From positions 1-58,903 of the IMG/VR virus record IMGVR_UViG_3300025066_000029: a stretch of DNA of 58,903 nt. One strand, given 5' to 3'. Origin of the DNA: a virus. Its lineage: Duplodnaviria; Caudoviricetes. This document shows positions 1 through 9,612 of this stretch, piece by piece (position 1 is the stretch's first letter; each line of letters begins with the position of its first letter). The position numbers and the translations under genes were made by a program. The notes under the pieces were generated by a model that searched no databases, was not told the DNA's origin, and saw nothing but the letters and a program-made list of their open reading frames with translations.

Positions 1-8
1 TGTTGTGT

Positions 9-779
9 CTAACATGATGGTAGGTTTCCTGAATCCTGATCTCCACTTTCGGTGTTATTGGGTGTTAAGGTTAGTCCTCCTGTTCCAGTATCATTAACTT
101 GCCCTGTTCCTCCTGTGAAGTCATCTGAAATATGATTAAAAGGCCAATGGTGCGTAGGATTGCCCAATGTGAAATCATTGGCCCAATCGAAGCAAGCAGC
201 CCCGCTATTATAGGCTTCTGCCCTATCCGATGAACCCCAAGTATTTGAAAAGTCAATAACAGGTTCAGCGATATGACCGTCAAAGAATTTACCTGCTGTA
301 CCTCCATTATAATGACAACCAACAGCACCATCTTGTGTGGAAGTATAATCTCCATTTTGTCCTGTTGGATTACCTGCTGTACCTACTGAATTGTTTATGT
401 AAACATTAATACCTGTTGTTGAACTTTCATCAAAAGTGAACATGACATGATACCAAGTACCAGTAGATATTCCACTTTTAGTTCCCTGCTTCCAGTTAGT
501 TCCTGTAGAGTCTCTCATTTGTAGTTTGAGAGTTCCTCCACTATCTATTAAGAATGCCCACCCAGGATTATTACCAACAGAACCACATGACATTATAACA
601 TGATCAGCGGTGATTGTGTCACAATATATCCAAACACTTCCAGAGAAGTTGTTAGATGTAAGCGATAATGAAGATGCTGTATCTCTTAGGTGTTCATTGC
701 TACCATCAGCATCAAAAGAATAGTCTGTTGTATAGCTACTAGCTGCTGCAAACCTATAAGGGTCTATTATAAAACTCAT
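9..779 (-). CDS. LamG/concanavalin A-like lectin domain virion protein (fibre or receptor-binding candidate)
   Basis: 256 aa with LamG3-like motifs FSGSVWI, GTWYHVMFTFD, VYINN and FFDGHIAE; lies in the structural operon. Confidence 0.7.
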   Translation of the reverse strand: MSFIIDPYRFAAASSYTTDYSFDADGSNEHLRDTASSLSLTSNNFSGSVWIYCDTITADHVIMSCGSVGNNPGWAFLIDSGGTLKLQMRDSTGTNWKQGTKSGISTGTWYHVMFTFDESSTTGINVYINNSVGTAGNPTGQNGDYTSTQDGAVGCHYNGGTAGKFFDGHIAEPVIDFSNTWGSSDRAEAYNSGAACFDWANDFTLGNPTHHWPFNHISDDFTGGTGQVNDTGTGGLTLTPNNTESGDQDSGNLPSC

Positions 780-1669
780 TGGTGTCCAATTATATAAACT
801 TTAAGACCTGTTTCATCTGCCCCTCCCGAGATAGCATCTATATCTATAGTGATTTCTGCATCATTTGCGAGAGCACTATCACTTATTACAGCAGCCGTAG
901 CAGCGGTTGTTGAAGTTTTTTCTGTATTATCAATAGTAAGTTTAGTAGATAATATTGTTGTCCCTGTCTCATTAATGTCAATAGTTGTAGTACCAGAAGT
1001 ACTTCCTGCGCCTGTAAGTGATGCTCTTACTGCTGTCACTGTGAATGCATATGGCATTCTAAATGTTACCTTAGCTGTGCCTGTAGTAAGCGCTGTAGTC
1101 TCATCAGAACAAGCTATAACAAAAGATTCTGTCTTATTAGTAACTTCAGTATCTGTATAAGCCTTAATACTCTGTTGAGTGGCAAGAGATGTTGAGGAGT
1201 CTGAAGACATATCATCTTCATCTAAACAGTCAGATATATTAGCAGTACTAGGGAAGTCAATATTGTTTCCATTAAGATCCAAGTCTCCCCCTAATTGTGG
1301 AGTGGTATCATCTACTACATCTGATATTCCAGCATTAGTGTCCACATAAGCTTTGATACTTTGTTGGGTAGCAAGAGCTGTAGCACTATCAGAAGACATA
1401 GTGTCTTCATCCAAACAATCAGAGATGTTTGCTGTAGTGGGAAAGTCTAGCCCCTTACCATTAAGGTCTAGATCACCACCAAGTTGGGGGGTAACATCAT
1501 CAACAATATCAGACAACCCTGTAGCACTTGCATTAAGTGCGGTGATAGTGCCATCTTCATCTATTTGACAATAACTCTTTAGAGCAGTGTCATAGAAGAT
1601 AGTACCATATCCAGCAGCTGGGGTGTCTACTGAGGCAGGTAATCTTCCTTTAGTCTTAATCTGAGCCAT
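776..1669 (-). CDS. tail fibre-like protein with an internal tandem duplication
   Basis: Two ~60-aa copies of SDxVDDxTPQLGGDLDLNG...LATQQSIKAY; C-terminal FRMPYAFTVTAVRASL domain; stop overlaps next start. Confidence 0.65.
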   Translation of the reverse strand: MAQIKTKGRLPASVDTPAAGYGTIFYDTALKSYCQIDEDGTITALNASATGLSDIVDDVTPQLGGDLDLNGKGLDFPTTANISDCLDEDTMSSDSATALATQQSIKAYVDTNAGISDVVDDTTPQLGGDLDLNGNNIDFPSTANISDCLDEDDMSSDSSTSLATQQSIKAYTDTEVTNKTESFVIACSDETTALTTGTAKVTFRMPYAFTVTAVRASLTGAGSTSGTTTIDINETGTTILSTKLTIDNTEKTSTTAATAAVISDSALANDAEITIDIDAISGGADETGLKVYIIGHQ

Positions 1670-1911
1670 TAACAGTCTGGTTTAATAGGTAACTTATATA
1701 TCTTTTGGTATTCTTGATAACGTATATCGTAGGTGGGAAGTTGTTGAATTTGTTCTACTTTGCGCTTTACACTAATGGAATCAACACATACATCATTGAC
1801 AAGTGTCTTAATGTATCCACCTTGTACAATCTTAGTAGTATCAGTAACACTCTGCCCTAAGAATGATAAGCTCAGTAAGATAATGCTCAGTCTTTTCAGA
1901 TAACTTTTCAT
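1669..1911 (-). CDS. small exported protein, possible lysis accessory
   Basis: Likely start MKSYLKRLSIILLSLSFLG at 1911 looks like a signal peptide (ORF track starts at 1956). Confidence 0.45.
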   Translation of the reverse strand: MKSYLKRLSIILLSLSFLGQSVTDTTKIVQGGYIKTLVNDVCVDSISVKRKVEQIQQLPTYDIRYQEYQKIYKLPIKPDC

Positions 1912-2014
1912 TGAGTTTTTCACTTTGTATGTATTCACCATAGAATTTTCCAGCATTAAATGCTAGTCCAAGGATGAAAGTTACCAAGAACCAGTACTTT
2001 TTCAGGCCCTCCAT
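1841..2014 (-). CDS. 57-aa membrane protein (i-spanin-like layout), not in the ORF track
   Basis: MEGLKKYWFLVTFILGLAFNAGKFYGEYIQSEKLNEKLSEK...; ATG overlaps upstream TAA; N-terminal TM helix then charged helix. Confidence 0.5.
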   Translation of the reverse strand: MEGLKKYWFLVTFILGLAFNAGKFYGEYIQSEKLNEKLSEKTEHYLTELIILRAECY

Positions 2015-2250
2015 TATATTTTCTTATTTTCATCATTACTTGTAAAGAAGTTATAAATTTTTACTGCTGTGCCTACTGTAATAGATATCGCAGTCATGAA
2101 GAGAATATATTCTTTTAACCAGAAGTCCATGTTTGATATTGTGAATGCCATGAAGAGCATACATAGTGAAAATATGTCTATACTGAATAGTGCTTTTTGT
2201 ATAGCTGTATTGGGTAATATTCCCTTTAATAATATGATAAACTGTTCCAT
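2014..2250 (-). CDS. putative holin / two-TM membrane protein
   Basis: Start MEQFIILL at 2250 coupled to upstream stop; two hydrophobic segments and a charged C-terminus. Confidence 0.5.
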   Translation of the reverse strand: MEQFIILLKGILPNTAIQKALFSIDIFSLCMLFMAFTISNMDFWLKEYILFMTAISITVGTAVKIYNFFTSNDENKKI

Positions 2251-2687
2251 TATAGTGTTGCTAGTTCTCCTTTGAGTATCAGTGTCCCCTCTATCAGCAT
2301 CGTCCCTTGTACTACCATTAACCGTCTCTGTGGTATAGTTAATGTCTCTGATGATTGTATGCGTATCCATGAAAATTGGTTTCCTTCAGTGTATGAATTA
2401 TTGGTGAGCAGGTCACCAAGATATATGTCCTTATTTGGCATAAAGATTGTCCTAAGAGCTTCTCTTGTGACATCATCAATATTAAGTTTAACCTGTCTCT
2501 GCTTCAGTCTTCCATCTGTAAACTTAACCAGTTTGGTATCCAAGTTAAGTTTAGCCTCTTCAAACTTCTTCCATTTCTTACCATCACTATAATGGAAGCC
2601 TGCTCTGTTGGGAGGTGAAGTAATGTAATATGCTTGACCATCAACATCTTTTGGATTTGGTAGGTCAGTATATTTCATTAGGTACAA
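2250..2687 (-). CDS. putative structural protein
   Basis: 145 aa; beta-rich C-terminus ETLTIPQRRLMVVQGTMLIEGTLILKGEL; translationally coupled. Confidence 0.5.
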   Translation of the reverse strand: MYLMKYTDLPNPKDVDGQAYYITSPPNRAGFHYSDGKKWKKFEEAKLNLDTKLVKFTDGRLKQRQVKLNIDDVTREALRTIFMPNKDIYLGDLLTNNSYTEGNQFSWIRIQSSETLTIPQRRLMVVQGTMLIEGTLILKGELATL

Positions 2688-2938
2688 GGTCTTTTAGCAA
2701 GTTCATACATATAAGCCATGATATCACAAATTTCATCTTCAGTCAGACATTCAGTAGCAAGATGTTCAGGATCTACACATGCCATACGAGATACCATAAC
2801 CTGTAAGAGAGCAGCTTCTATAAGACAACAGTCATAGTCAGCACCCACTTTCATGAGGTTTACAATAGTATTTGCTCTATCTCCTAAGGCACAGGCATCA
2901 AATTGCAAATTGGTTATGTAACAGTCTAAACAAATCAT
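2678..2938 (-). CDS. Cys-rich small structural protein (tail hub/adaptor candidate)
   Basis: 86 aa with many Cys; coupled within the operon. Confidence 0.5.
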   Translation of the reverse strand: MICLDCYITNLQFDACALGDRANTIVNLMKVGADYDCCLIEAALLQVMVSRMACVDPEHLATECLTEDEICDIMAYMYELAKRPCT

Positions 2939-4059
2939 TATGATTCTTTTACAACACTCCAGCCTTCAAAGACAATGTCATTAGCAGCTGCAGTACCATT
3001 AGTACCAGTGATTTTTAAAACCATATCTGCTGTGAAATCTTCAGTATCTGTGAAAAGATCAATTTCTGTATCTTCAGCTCCAGCCCCTCCTTCAAAAGTC
3101 CATTTAACATATCCTTTTTGAGCAGCAGAACCTGTTCTAATCAACCATACTTCACATGTCCAAGGTAAATTATTTGGTGCTGTAATACCAGAATTTTGTC
3201 CTTGAGCTGTTGCTCCAATATACAATTTAAGTGTTTTAGTATTAGCTGTAGCACCTGTGTCACCATATGCTTTAATGTAAATACATTGACCATCAGTGTT
3301 TATAGTATCTGCTGGCATCGTGTAAGATACAAGATCTGTTTCAGTTGTTGAAGCTGGTGTACCAGCTGTTGTGCCTGAAGTATTAAGAGTACGTGATCCT
3401 ACAAGATTTGCAAGAGCCACTTCTTTTAAGTTACCAGAATCTGAGGTGTCAGAAACTAATACTGTATCTGTAGCTTGAGTAGAAGTTATTGCTGTCTTAC
3501 CAGTTATAGCTGTACTTGAAAGTGTTAAAGCACCTACAGCAGAAATTGTACCATCTCCTGACATACTCACCCACACAGGAATTGGAGTTGCATTCATTAC
3601 CAGTATTTGTCCTGAAGTACCAGCTGCAAGTTCTGTAGGAACACCCTCACCATTCATGTAGTACATTGAACCTGCAGTAAGATGTGCAAGTTTTGCAAGA
3701 GTGATTGCATTGTCTTCAATCATCTCTTCCTCAATAGTACTAGTATCAATGTTAGACGCTACACTGACATGCCAAGATCCAGCATTAGCATCATAGACTG
3801 CGAAGGCAAGAAAGGTTGAGTCTATTACTTGCTGGCTGATTGTAGTGCCCATAAAACTATAAGTAAATCCTCCTAGTGATACATTTCCTGTAGAGAGGAT
3901 AGGAATAGTCATTCCATGAACAGGAGTAAGACCAGCATCAATAATCAGGGTAAGATTGCTTACCAGTGTTTGTGTACCAGTAAGTACATTAATTCCTCCG
4001 GGAATTAATTCTATATTACCACCTGTTGTGTATGCTTGTTGTGTTGTACCTGCAATCAT
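2938..4059 (-). CDS. tail fibre/spike-like structural protein
   Basis: Thr/Gly/Ala-rich; fibre-type segments IEDNAITLAKLAH and GTSGQILVMN. Confidence 0.6.
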   Translation of the reverse strand: MIAGTTQQAYTTGGNIELIPGGINVLTGTQTLVSNLTLIIDAGLTPVHGMTIPILSTGNVSLGGFTYSFMGTTISQQVIDSTFLAFAVYDANAGSWHVSVASNIDTSTIEEEMIEDNAITLAKLAHLTAGSMYYMNGEGVPTELAAGTSGQILVMNATPIPVWVSMSGDGTISAVGALTLSSTAITGKTAITSTQATDTVLVSDTSDSGNLKEVALANLVGSRTLNTSGTTAGTPASTTETDLVSYTMPADTINTDGQCIYIKAYGDTGATANTKTLKLYIGATAQGQNSGITAPNNLPWTCEVWLIRTGSAAQKGYVKWTFEGGAGAEDTEIDLFTDTEDFTADMVLKITGTNGTAAANDIVFEGWSVVKES

Positions 4060-4790
4060 TATTGTGCTCGTTTAATGTGTTCTGCGTAAAGTAGTTTTCC
4101 TTTCAAATTTCCAAAAGCAGTAGAGGATGTTTCAAAGTATACTTTTATTTTGTGTGTTACTGGCCAATCAATAGAAACAAGTGCATCTCCATGAGATTGT
4201 CTATAAAAGATGTCATCAGTTATATTGATACTGCCTGCTCCTCCACTTGTACTAGAATTTCTATACCCATGAATGAGTGCACCAGTCGTTTGTCCTGTCC
4301 CCCTCTTATATAATTCTATGTCAAGATTACAGTAGTTTCTTGTTGTTTGCAGACATTGCATGTCCCATTGTGCAATAAGAACTTCAGTAGTACTTGGTAA
4401 ATCTTCTACAGCATATACATATGCTTTAAGCTCCTGACAAGAACTACCTGCGTTATCAAATACCCATCCAACCTTCACACGTAGTACATCATCTTGTTGT
4501 GACATTGCATCTACAGATGTTATTGTAGACCAATCTATTGCAAAAGCATTTCCAGTACCGTTTGCAAGAGGAACTTGTTTTGTATCATTAGCCATTAGGA
4601 ATTCCCCAATACCAAGTTCTAATATGTTGGCACCATCTTGCCCATCTGCACCATCAGCGCCTGTTGGGCCTTGTGGACCTGCAGGACCTGCGGTTCCAGC
4701 ATTACCAGTTGGGCCTTGTGGTCCAGTTGGACCACCGGGGACAGTGGTATCTAAACATGTTAAGTCATTTTGTCCGCATAAGCATCCCAT
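4059..4790 (-). CDS. collagen-like (Gly-X-Y) fibre protein
   Basis: GPTGPQGPTGNAGTAGPAGPQGPTGADGADGQDG repeat near the N-terminus after a CxC motif. Confidence 0.75.
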   Translation of the reverse strand: MGCLCGQNDLTCLDTTVPGGPTGPQGPTGNAGTAGPAGPQGPTGADGADGQDGANILELGIGEFLMANDTKQVPLANGTGNAFAIDWSTITSVDAMSQQDDVLRVKVGWVFDNAGSSCQELKAYVYAVEDLPSTTEVLIAQWDMQCLQTTRNYCNLDIELYKRGTGQTTGALIHGYRNSSTSGGAGSINITDDIFYRQSHGDALVSIDWPVTHKIKVYFETSSTAFGNLKGKLLYAEHIKRAQ

Positions 4791-4793
4791 AGT

Positions 4794-6008
4794 TTAACAA
4801 TTTTTACAGTCTGTGTTTGCCATTAGGTCTTCAACCTTGGCAAGTATATTATTGAATTCAGTTGTTTTATTACAACCTGCAGCTCTTAATGCTGCTCTTA
4901 GCAACGTGTCTGCAGTTATTAATCGCCATGTTTTTGAATTACACCAATCCTCACATTTACAATTCTCACTAATCACATCATGCATCAATCTGGCAATCTT
5001 ACAATCTATAGTACAGACAATTGGTTTTTCAACATAGGCTATAAAAGAGAGAGTATTACCACTTTGTGAGGTTGTCACTGTGGCTGTTATTTTCCACATA
5101 CCATCATCTAAACTTCCAATGTTTGTGAAGGTATAGTTATTTGATGTAGAATCAAAGTCTATGATAACAGGGTTTACTTCATCAGTAAAGTCTGCTACTG
5201 TGATATCAATAGTATCACTTGTCCCTGAGGGATCTTCTATATGGTATTGTATTGTTGCAATTTCTGCTTCTACAAGTTCTTCAGAACAATCTGTTTGTGT
5301 AAACAGAAATGCAATTGTACTATTTACAGTACCACTTCCAAGGTATGCATAGTCATACCTGAATTTGAAGAATTGTGTACTTGTGGTAAGCGGGTCACTT
5401 GATAATCCGGGTGCAGATGTTGTAGACATATCATATGTCACTGCATAAGGTGTACTTTGAGTGTTAGCTGTATCCAGTGTATATAGATAGTATTCTTCAT
5501 TTGCTATATTATAGATATTATGCATTGTGAGAACATCACTTGTGAATGTAGCTTCTGGGGCATCATCTACTGTGATGTCTGTATTAGGTACCCAATAGTC
5601 AAAAAGTTCACCATTAGAGTAAGTCGTGATCAGAAAATTCATACTTGCTGTAGTAAGAGTTCCACCTGAAGGTGAAAACGTTAACTTTACAACAGTTGTA
5701 CCATTCTTCTTTACATTAGTAAGAGTTGTGGTTGCACCAGTAAGTGTTGTTGGTGTACCGTCATGATCAGTATATGTCCACTCATAATCTGTACTTGCAA
5801 AAGTGAAGTTAGAAGTAGTATTAGCTGTATTAGCTGTAACTTGTATTTCTCCTCTACCATCAGCATCAGGGCCTACGTCTGTAATGTCCTTTACCTGTGG
5901 TGAAATATATTCTATGTCATACTCCAGCCTACAATAATCAGTACAATTCCAAATCTTCAGAGAATTGCAATCAGCTGAATTTCTTACTGTGAGATTAAGT
6001 TTTGACAT
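4794..6008 (-). CDS. tail-associated structural protein with beta-sandwich region and Cys-rich C-terminus
   Basis: 404 aa, Thr-rich; ends CTIDCKIA...NCKCEDWC...DCKNC. Confidence 0.55.
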   Translation of the reverse strand: MSKLNLTVRNSADCNSLKIWNCTDYCRLEYDIEYISPQVKDITDVGPDADGRGEIQVTANTANTTSNFTFASTDYEWTYTDHDGTPTTLTGATTTLTNVKKNGTTVVKLTFSPSGGTLTTASMNFLITTYSNGELFDYWVPNTDITVDDAPEATFTSDVLTMHNIYNIANEEYYLYTLDTANTQSTPYAVTYDMSTTSAPGLSSDPLTTSTQFFKFRYDYAYLGSGTVNSTIAFLFTQTDCSEELVEAEIATIQYHIEDPSGTSDTIDITVADFTDEVNPVIIDFDSTSNNYTFTNIGSLDDGMWKITATVTTSQSGNTLSFIAYVEKPIVCTIDCKIARLMHDVISENCKCEDWCNSKTWRLITADTLLRAALRAAGCNKTTEFNNILAKVEDLMANTDCKNC

Positions 6009-6376
6009 TATGCATGAATTTCTGTAACGAGTGCATTACCAGCATTTGCAGATGCCCAAATAGCACTCACAGGTCCTTTGTAATTATCTATGGTCTTATT
6101 ACCATATTGTGCTAAAGAAAAGGAATAGTTAGCAGTAGTAGCTGTTCCACCACCAAGAAGTACATAACATCTTGCACTATCACTGTTTTCAAACATGATT
6201 GCGCTTCTTGTTAGATTTTCTCCAATAAGAGAAACTGAAGTAGCACTTGCGCCAACAACAGTAACCGTTTCATCTTTACCCTGATGTGCTCGTCTATTTA
6301 CTCCTGTCTTAGTCTGTTGAGCAATCTGCTCACTATTTATAGGACCTATACTTGTATGTTCTGTAAATCTACTCAT
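6008..6376 (-). CDS. putative virion protein
   Basis: 122 aa, beta-rich; TAATG coupling on both sides. Confidence 0.55.
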   Translation of the reverse strand: MSRFTEHTSIGPINSEQIAQQTKTGVNRRAHQGKDETVTVVGASATSVSLIGENLTRSAIMFENSDSARCYVLLGGGTATTANYSFSLAQYGNKTIDNYKGPVSAIWASANAGNALVTEIHA

Positions 6377-6960
6377 TATGCTACTGTTGGGCCTGCATCT
6401 CCTGTGGCCATGTTACCTCTTTCTATATAATACCACTCACTACCTAACCACATAAGAATCACATAATCTCCTACATCATAAAAAGTGACTGTAGAGTATG
6501 TGTTAAAATTAGCAGGGGTGAGAGTTCCATTTCCACCATCAACTACAAAGACAATCTTTTTCAATTGTCCTATATCATTACCATCTGCAAGTGTTCCTGC
6601 ATCAGCACCAGTTGTTGTCCACTGGGTGAGGTAAGATGTTACATTAAGTGCTCCTGCTCCTGAAAGGGCTTGTGGAACTGTTGTTGTTAGAAATGGGGCT
6701 GTAGTGGAGTTTGCTCCTGAGATCTTAGAACTTGCCTGAACTTGAAAATCATTAACAGCAAATTTAAAGTCTATACTACCTGCAACTTTGACATCAATGA
6801 CATCATCAGTATTTGCAGATAAGGTTGTATCTCCATCTTTATCTAATATAAATCCATCGGAAGTACCATTAACATCAACAGTACCATTATCAAGTTTTAC
6901 ATTAGAAAATATTAGTCCATTCCCATCATCATTAAACTGTGTTAATGTTAGTATAATCAT
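6376..6960 (-). CDS. putative virion/fibre protein
   Basis: 194 aa; C-terminal TLADG...GDYVILMWLGSEWYYI pattern typical of phage structural domains. Confidence 0.55.
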   Translation of the reverse strand: MIILTLTQFNDDGNGLIFSNVKLDNGTVDVNGTSDGFILDKDGDTTLSANTDDVIDVKVAGSIDFKFAVNDFQVQASSKISGANSTTAPFLTTTVPQALSGAGALNVTSYLTQWTTTGADAGTLADGNDIGQLKKIVFVVDGGNGTLTPANFNTYSTVTFYDVGDYVILMWLGSEWYYIERGNMATGDAGPTVA

Positions 6961-7133
6961 TGTGTGTCAGTTTCTGTGGGTTCATCTTCCACTACAGGGG
7001 TATCAATGATCTTTAACCAATGGTTACAATCATTGATAATCCCAATAGATTGGAAGTATTCTGAGTGAGCTTTGTCTCTTGAATTTTCAGCAAGAGCTTT
7101 GCGCTCAAGAATTTGTTGTTTGGTAATTTCCAT
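6957..7133 (-). CDS. 58-aa hypothetical protein, not in the ORF track
   Basis: MEITKQQILERKALAENSRDKAHSEYFQSIG...; ATG overlaps upstream TAA and its TGA overlaps the next ATG. Confidence 0.6.
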   Translation of the reverse strand: MEITKQQILERKALAENSRDKAHSEYFQSIGIINDCNHWLKIIDTPVVEDEPTETDTQ

Positions 7134-7789
7134 TATGCTTTCGCACCTTTGATAACTGCAAAGTTCATTGTCAGTGTGTTATCAAGAGCGGCAGCAGCTA
7201 AATTGGAAATGGTAACATCAAAGCTTCCAACAGCGACTGCGGAAACATATAGCACAGGAAGTCCTGCAGATGATGTTGATTGCATTGAAAGTACTATAGT
7301 ATCCTGTAAACCAACAGCAGAATTAGTAACTGTGAAGGTTGCTTCTGCATTTTCAGCTAAAGTTGAAGCAACAGTCTTGATTTCTCCTGCGGCAGCATTG
7401 ATTGTCACACCAGTTGTAATAGATGTAATTTGTGTTACAGTACTTCCAGCGCCTGTTGCATATCCAATACCTGCAGTAGCATCTGTGGATTTAACTCCAC
7501 CTGCAACTGTAAAACTATTAGCGTTTAAGGTTGCTAATGAAGTGCCTGCAATTGCTAATCCAAGTGTACCTGTAGAGGAAAGGAATAGTCCAGTATCGAC
7601 ATCACTATCAAAGAACAACGAGGGGGCAGCGGCAGTACCATCTGCTAATGCAAATGTATTACCCAAACCATCTGTATCATTTACGACATCCAGAATGTAT
7701 GTTTTAAGGTTAAAAGAATTATCCAAACCTAGTTTGCTAACTCCACCTCCAACAAGCAACCTGTTATCAAGATATTTTGTTTTTGCCAT
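7133..7789 (-). CDS. head/tail fibre-like structural protein
   Basis: DGTAAAPSLFFDSDVDTGLF fibre motif and TVTQITSITTGVTINAAAGEI C-terminal domain. Confidence 0.6.
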   Translation of the reverse strand: MAKTKYLDNRLLVGGGVSKLGLDNSFNLKTYILDVVNDTDGLGNTFALADGTAAAPSLFFDSDVDTGLFLSSTGTLGLAIAGTSLATLNANSFTVAGGVKSTDATAGIGYATGAGSTVTQITSITTGVTINAAAGEIKTVASTLAENAEATFTVTNSAVGLQDTIVLSMQSTSSAGLPVLYVSAVAVGSFDVTISNLAAAALDNTLTMNFAVIKGAKA

Positions 7790-7807
7790 TATTTATGTGT
7801 TTAAACT

Positions 7808-7845
7808 AAAAAGGGCAAGCAAGCAATGGGCCTACTTGCCTTTTA
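7808..7845. terminator. putative intrinsic terminator hairpin
   Basis: AAAAGGGCAAG...CTTGCCTTTT inverted repeat in an intergenic gap. Confidence 0.5.
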
Positions 7846-7866
7846 AGATTGTTTATGTAATTTTAA

Positions 7867-8226
7867 TTACCCTAATAGATAATGTACAAAGATTTCCCAT
7901 TCAGCGCTTGCGCCTGTCAGAGTACTTCCTTCATTATCAAGTTGAATATCAGCAGCAGTTGTAATAACCAAAGGAACAAGAGTTCCCGGTCCTGTACTTA
8001 CTCCTGAATCAGCACCTGTAAGATCAATGTCTGTACAGATTACTTGAGAGCCAACTTTAATATCAACGTTATCTGCACCACCTACTGCACTAACTTCATT
8101 ACTTGAAACTCCAACAATAATTGCACCAGCAGGTATTGAAGTAGTCTCTGCTAATGAAATATCACCAGCAGCAGTACCATCAGATAGTACGTAGATTGCT
8201 TTTGCAACTTTTACGTCTTGTGTCAT
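7867..8226 (-). CDS. small capsid-associated protein
   Basis: 119 aa; IPAGAIIVGV motif typical of capsid decoration/spike-base proteins. Confidence 0.5.
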   Translation of the reverse strand: MTQDVKVAKAIYVLSDGTAAGDISLAETTSIPAGAIIVGVSSNEVSAVGGADNVDIKVGSQVICTDIDLTGADSGVSTGPGTLVPLVITTAADIQLDNEGSTLTGASAEWEIFVHYLLG

Positions 8227-8237
8227 GATTATGTTAT

Positions 8238-9611
8238 TTATAAGGTTACAGCGCTAAATGCTCGTGGGCAAGAAGCCAACCATACATTCATTAAGGCTTC
8301 AAAATCAGCTGTAGTAGCAGTATCTCCGGGTTCAATTGCTACATAAGTAGAAAATTGATCCTCACTTGGGAGTCCATTACTAGCAGTGGTTTTAAGTCCG
8401 CTGAAAATTGTGTAAGTATCGTAGGTTGCAGTACTGTCTACAGGAGAAGTATAAGAATATACATAAGATCCGGGAGCTTGAGAATTATCAAATTTTCTCA
8501 ATTCATCAGAACTCTCATAAAAGAGTGCTGTTTGTCTTCCAGTTCCAATTCCCTCACCTGCACGAGTTTGTCGTGTAAGTGCAGTTGTACTTGAAAAGCC
8601 AGCTGATAGTCCTAAGTTAAGAGTAGTCTTAACTTGTGGGATTCTATCAAAGAAGGCAGTAGCTTGATCAATTGCAATCACAAGGATTACATCAGCATTT
8701 GCAGTAACTCCTGCAACAGCGGCTGTGCCTGCTGTAACTGCAGTAGCAGCATCAGTACCAGCATCATATGCTTTAATCATAAATGGTACAATGTCAGAAG
8801 TTGAAGCTAAATCAGTATGATTTGAAATTGCAGAAGTAATTGCAGCAGCTTCAGCAGCAGTAAGTGTCTTAGTAATAGCTGCACCAGTTTCATCATAACC
8901 AATTGTAATGGTTGCTCCAGAAGTAGCTGCGGCTAAGGTGACACCTGCACTCAATGTTAAATTTGTACTGTCAATAGCAATTGCCATATAGTTTCCACCA
9001 CCCTGGCGTGTACCTGACCATACTGTTGAATCTCTATTGATCCAGTAAGCAAGATTCTGTACTAAGTCATCGCGTTGGAGAACTTCAGTTGTAGGCCCAT
9101 CAACACTATAATCAGGAGTAGTAAACTCAGGATATACAGCAGTTTTGTTCCTACCATTAAGCATGAATGTGCGTCTGCCTTGTGCGGCAATTGTTAGTTG
9201 GTAGCGAGTTTCATCTGCTACTGTAATTTCACCTGCTGCTCCATTCACGGCCCCTAAGGTCCAAGATGAGCAAGTAGGTGCGGTGTAGGAGACTCCCGTC
9301 CAAGCGGTAATAAGTGCTCCATCAATATCCTGACTGCGTTCTACAGGCCGTAAAGGCAAGGGATTATTAGGTGTTTGTCCAAGATCACTTGAAGTGCTTG
9401 TTCCCTGAGCAATATAAATTACTGGGAAATCAGCGAAAGTGTCACCGGGAGATAGTGCTACATCAGTAACAGCATCAAATACTCCTAATTGTCCATCAGC
9501 AAGGTTAATGTCATTGTTAGTAGTGTCTACTAACGCTGTACCACCAGTTGCCAAGGCTGCATCATCTTTAGCTACGAGGATTTTGTCTACGCGAACTTTT
9601 TGATTGTTCAT
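8238..9611 (-). CDS. crAss-like auxiliary capsid/structural protein
   Basis: 457 aa, Ala/Thr-rich; GEGIGTGRQ and VDSTATYDTYTI segments; position in the conserved block after the major capsid gene. Confidence 0.55.
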   Translation of the reverse strand: MNNQKVRVDKILVAKDDAALATGGTALVDTTNNDINLADGQLGVFDAVTDVALSPGDTFADFPVIYIAQGTSTSSDLGQTPNNPLPLRPVERSQDIDGALITAWTGVSYTAPTCSSWTLGAVNGAAGEITVADETRYQLTIAAQGRRTFMLNGRNKTAVYPEFTTPDYSVDGPTTEVLQRDDLVQNLAYWINRDSTVWSGTRQGGGNYMAIAIDSTNLTLSAGVTLAAATSGATITIGYDETGAAITKTLTAAEAAAITSAISNHTDLASTSDIVPFMIKAYDAGTDAATAVTAGTAAVAGVTANADVILVIAIDQATAFFDRIPQVKTTLNLGLSAGFSSTTALTRQTRAGEGIGTGRQTALFYESSDELRKFDNSQAPGSYVYSYTSPVDSTATYDTYTIFSGLKTTASNGLPSEDQFSTYVAIEPGDTATTADFEALMNVWLASCPRAFSAVTL

Positions 9612-9612
9612 A

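Noticed and set aside
1150-1515. DGR template/variable repeat pair in the fibre gene
   Set aside because: Both copies are in-frame protein repeats with mostly synonymous differences, and no reverse transcriptase is present
7113-7964. 283-aa plus-strand ORF and other long antisense ORFs
   Set aside because: Shadows of genes on the opposite strand caused by codon bias; no motifs or operon context
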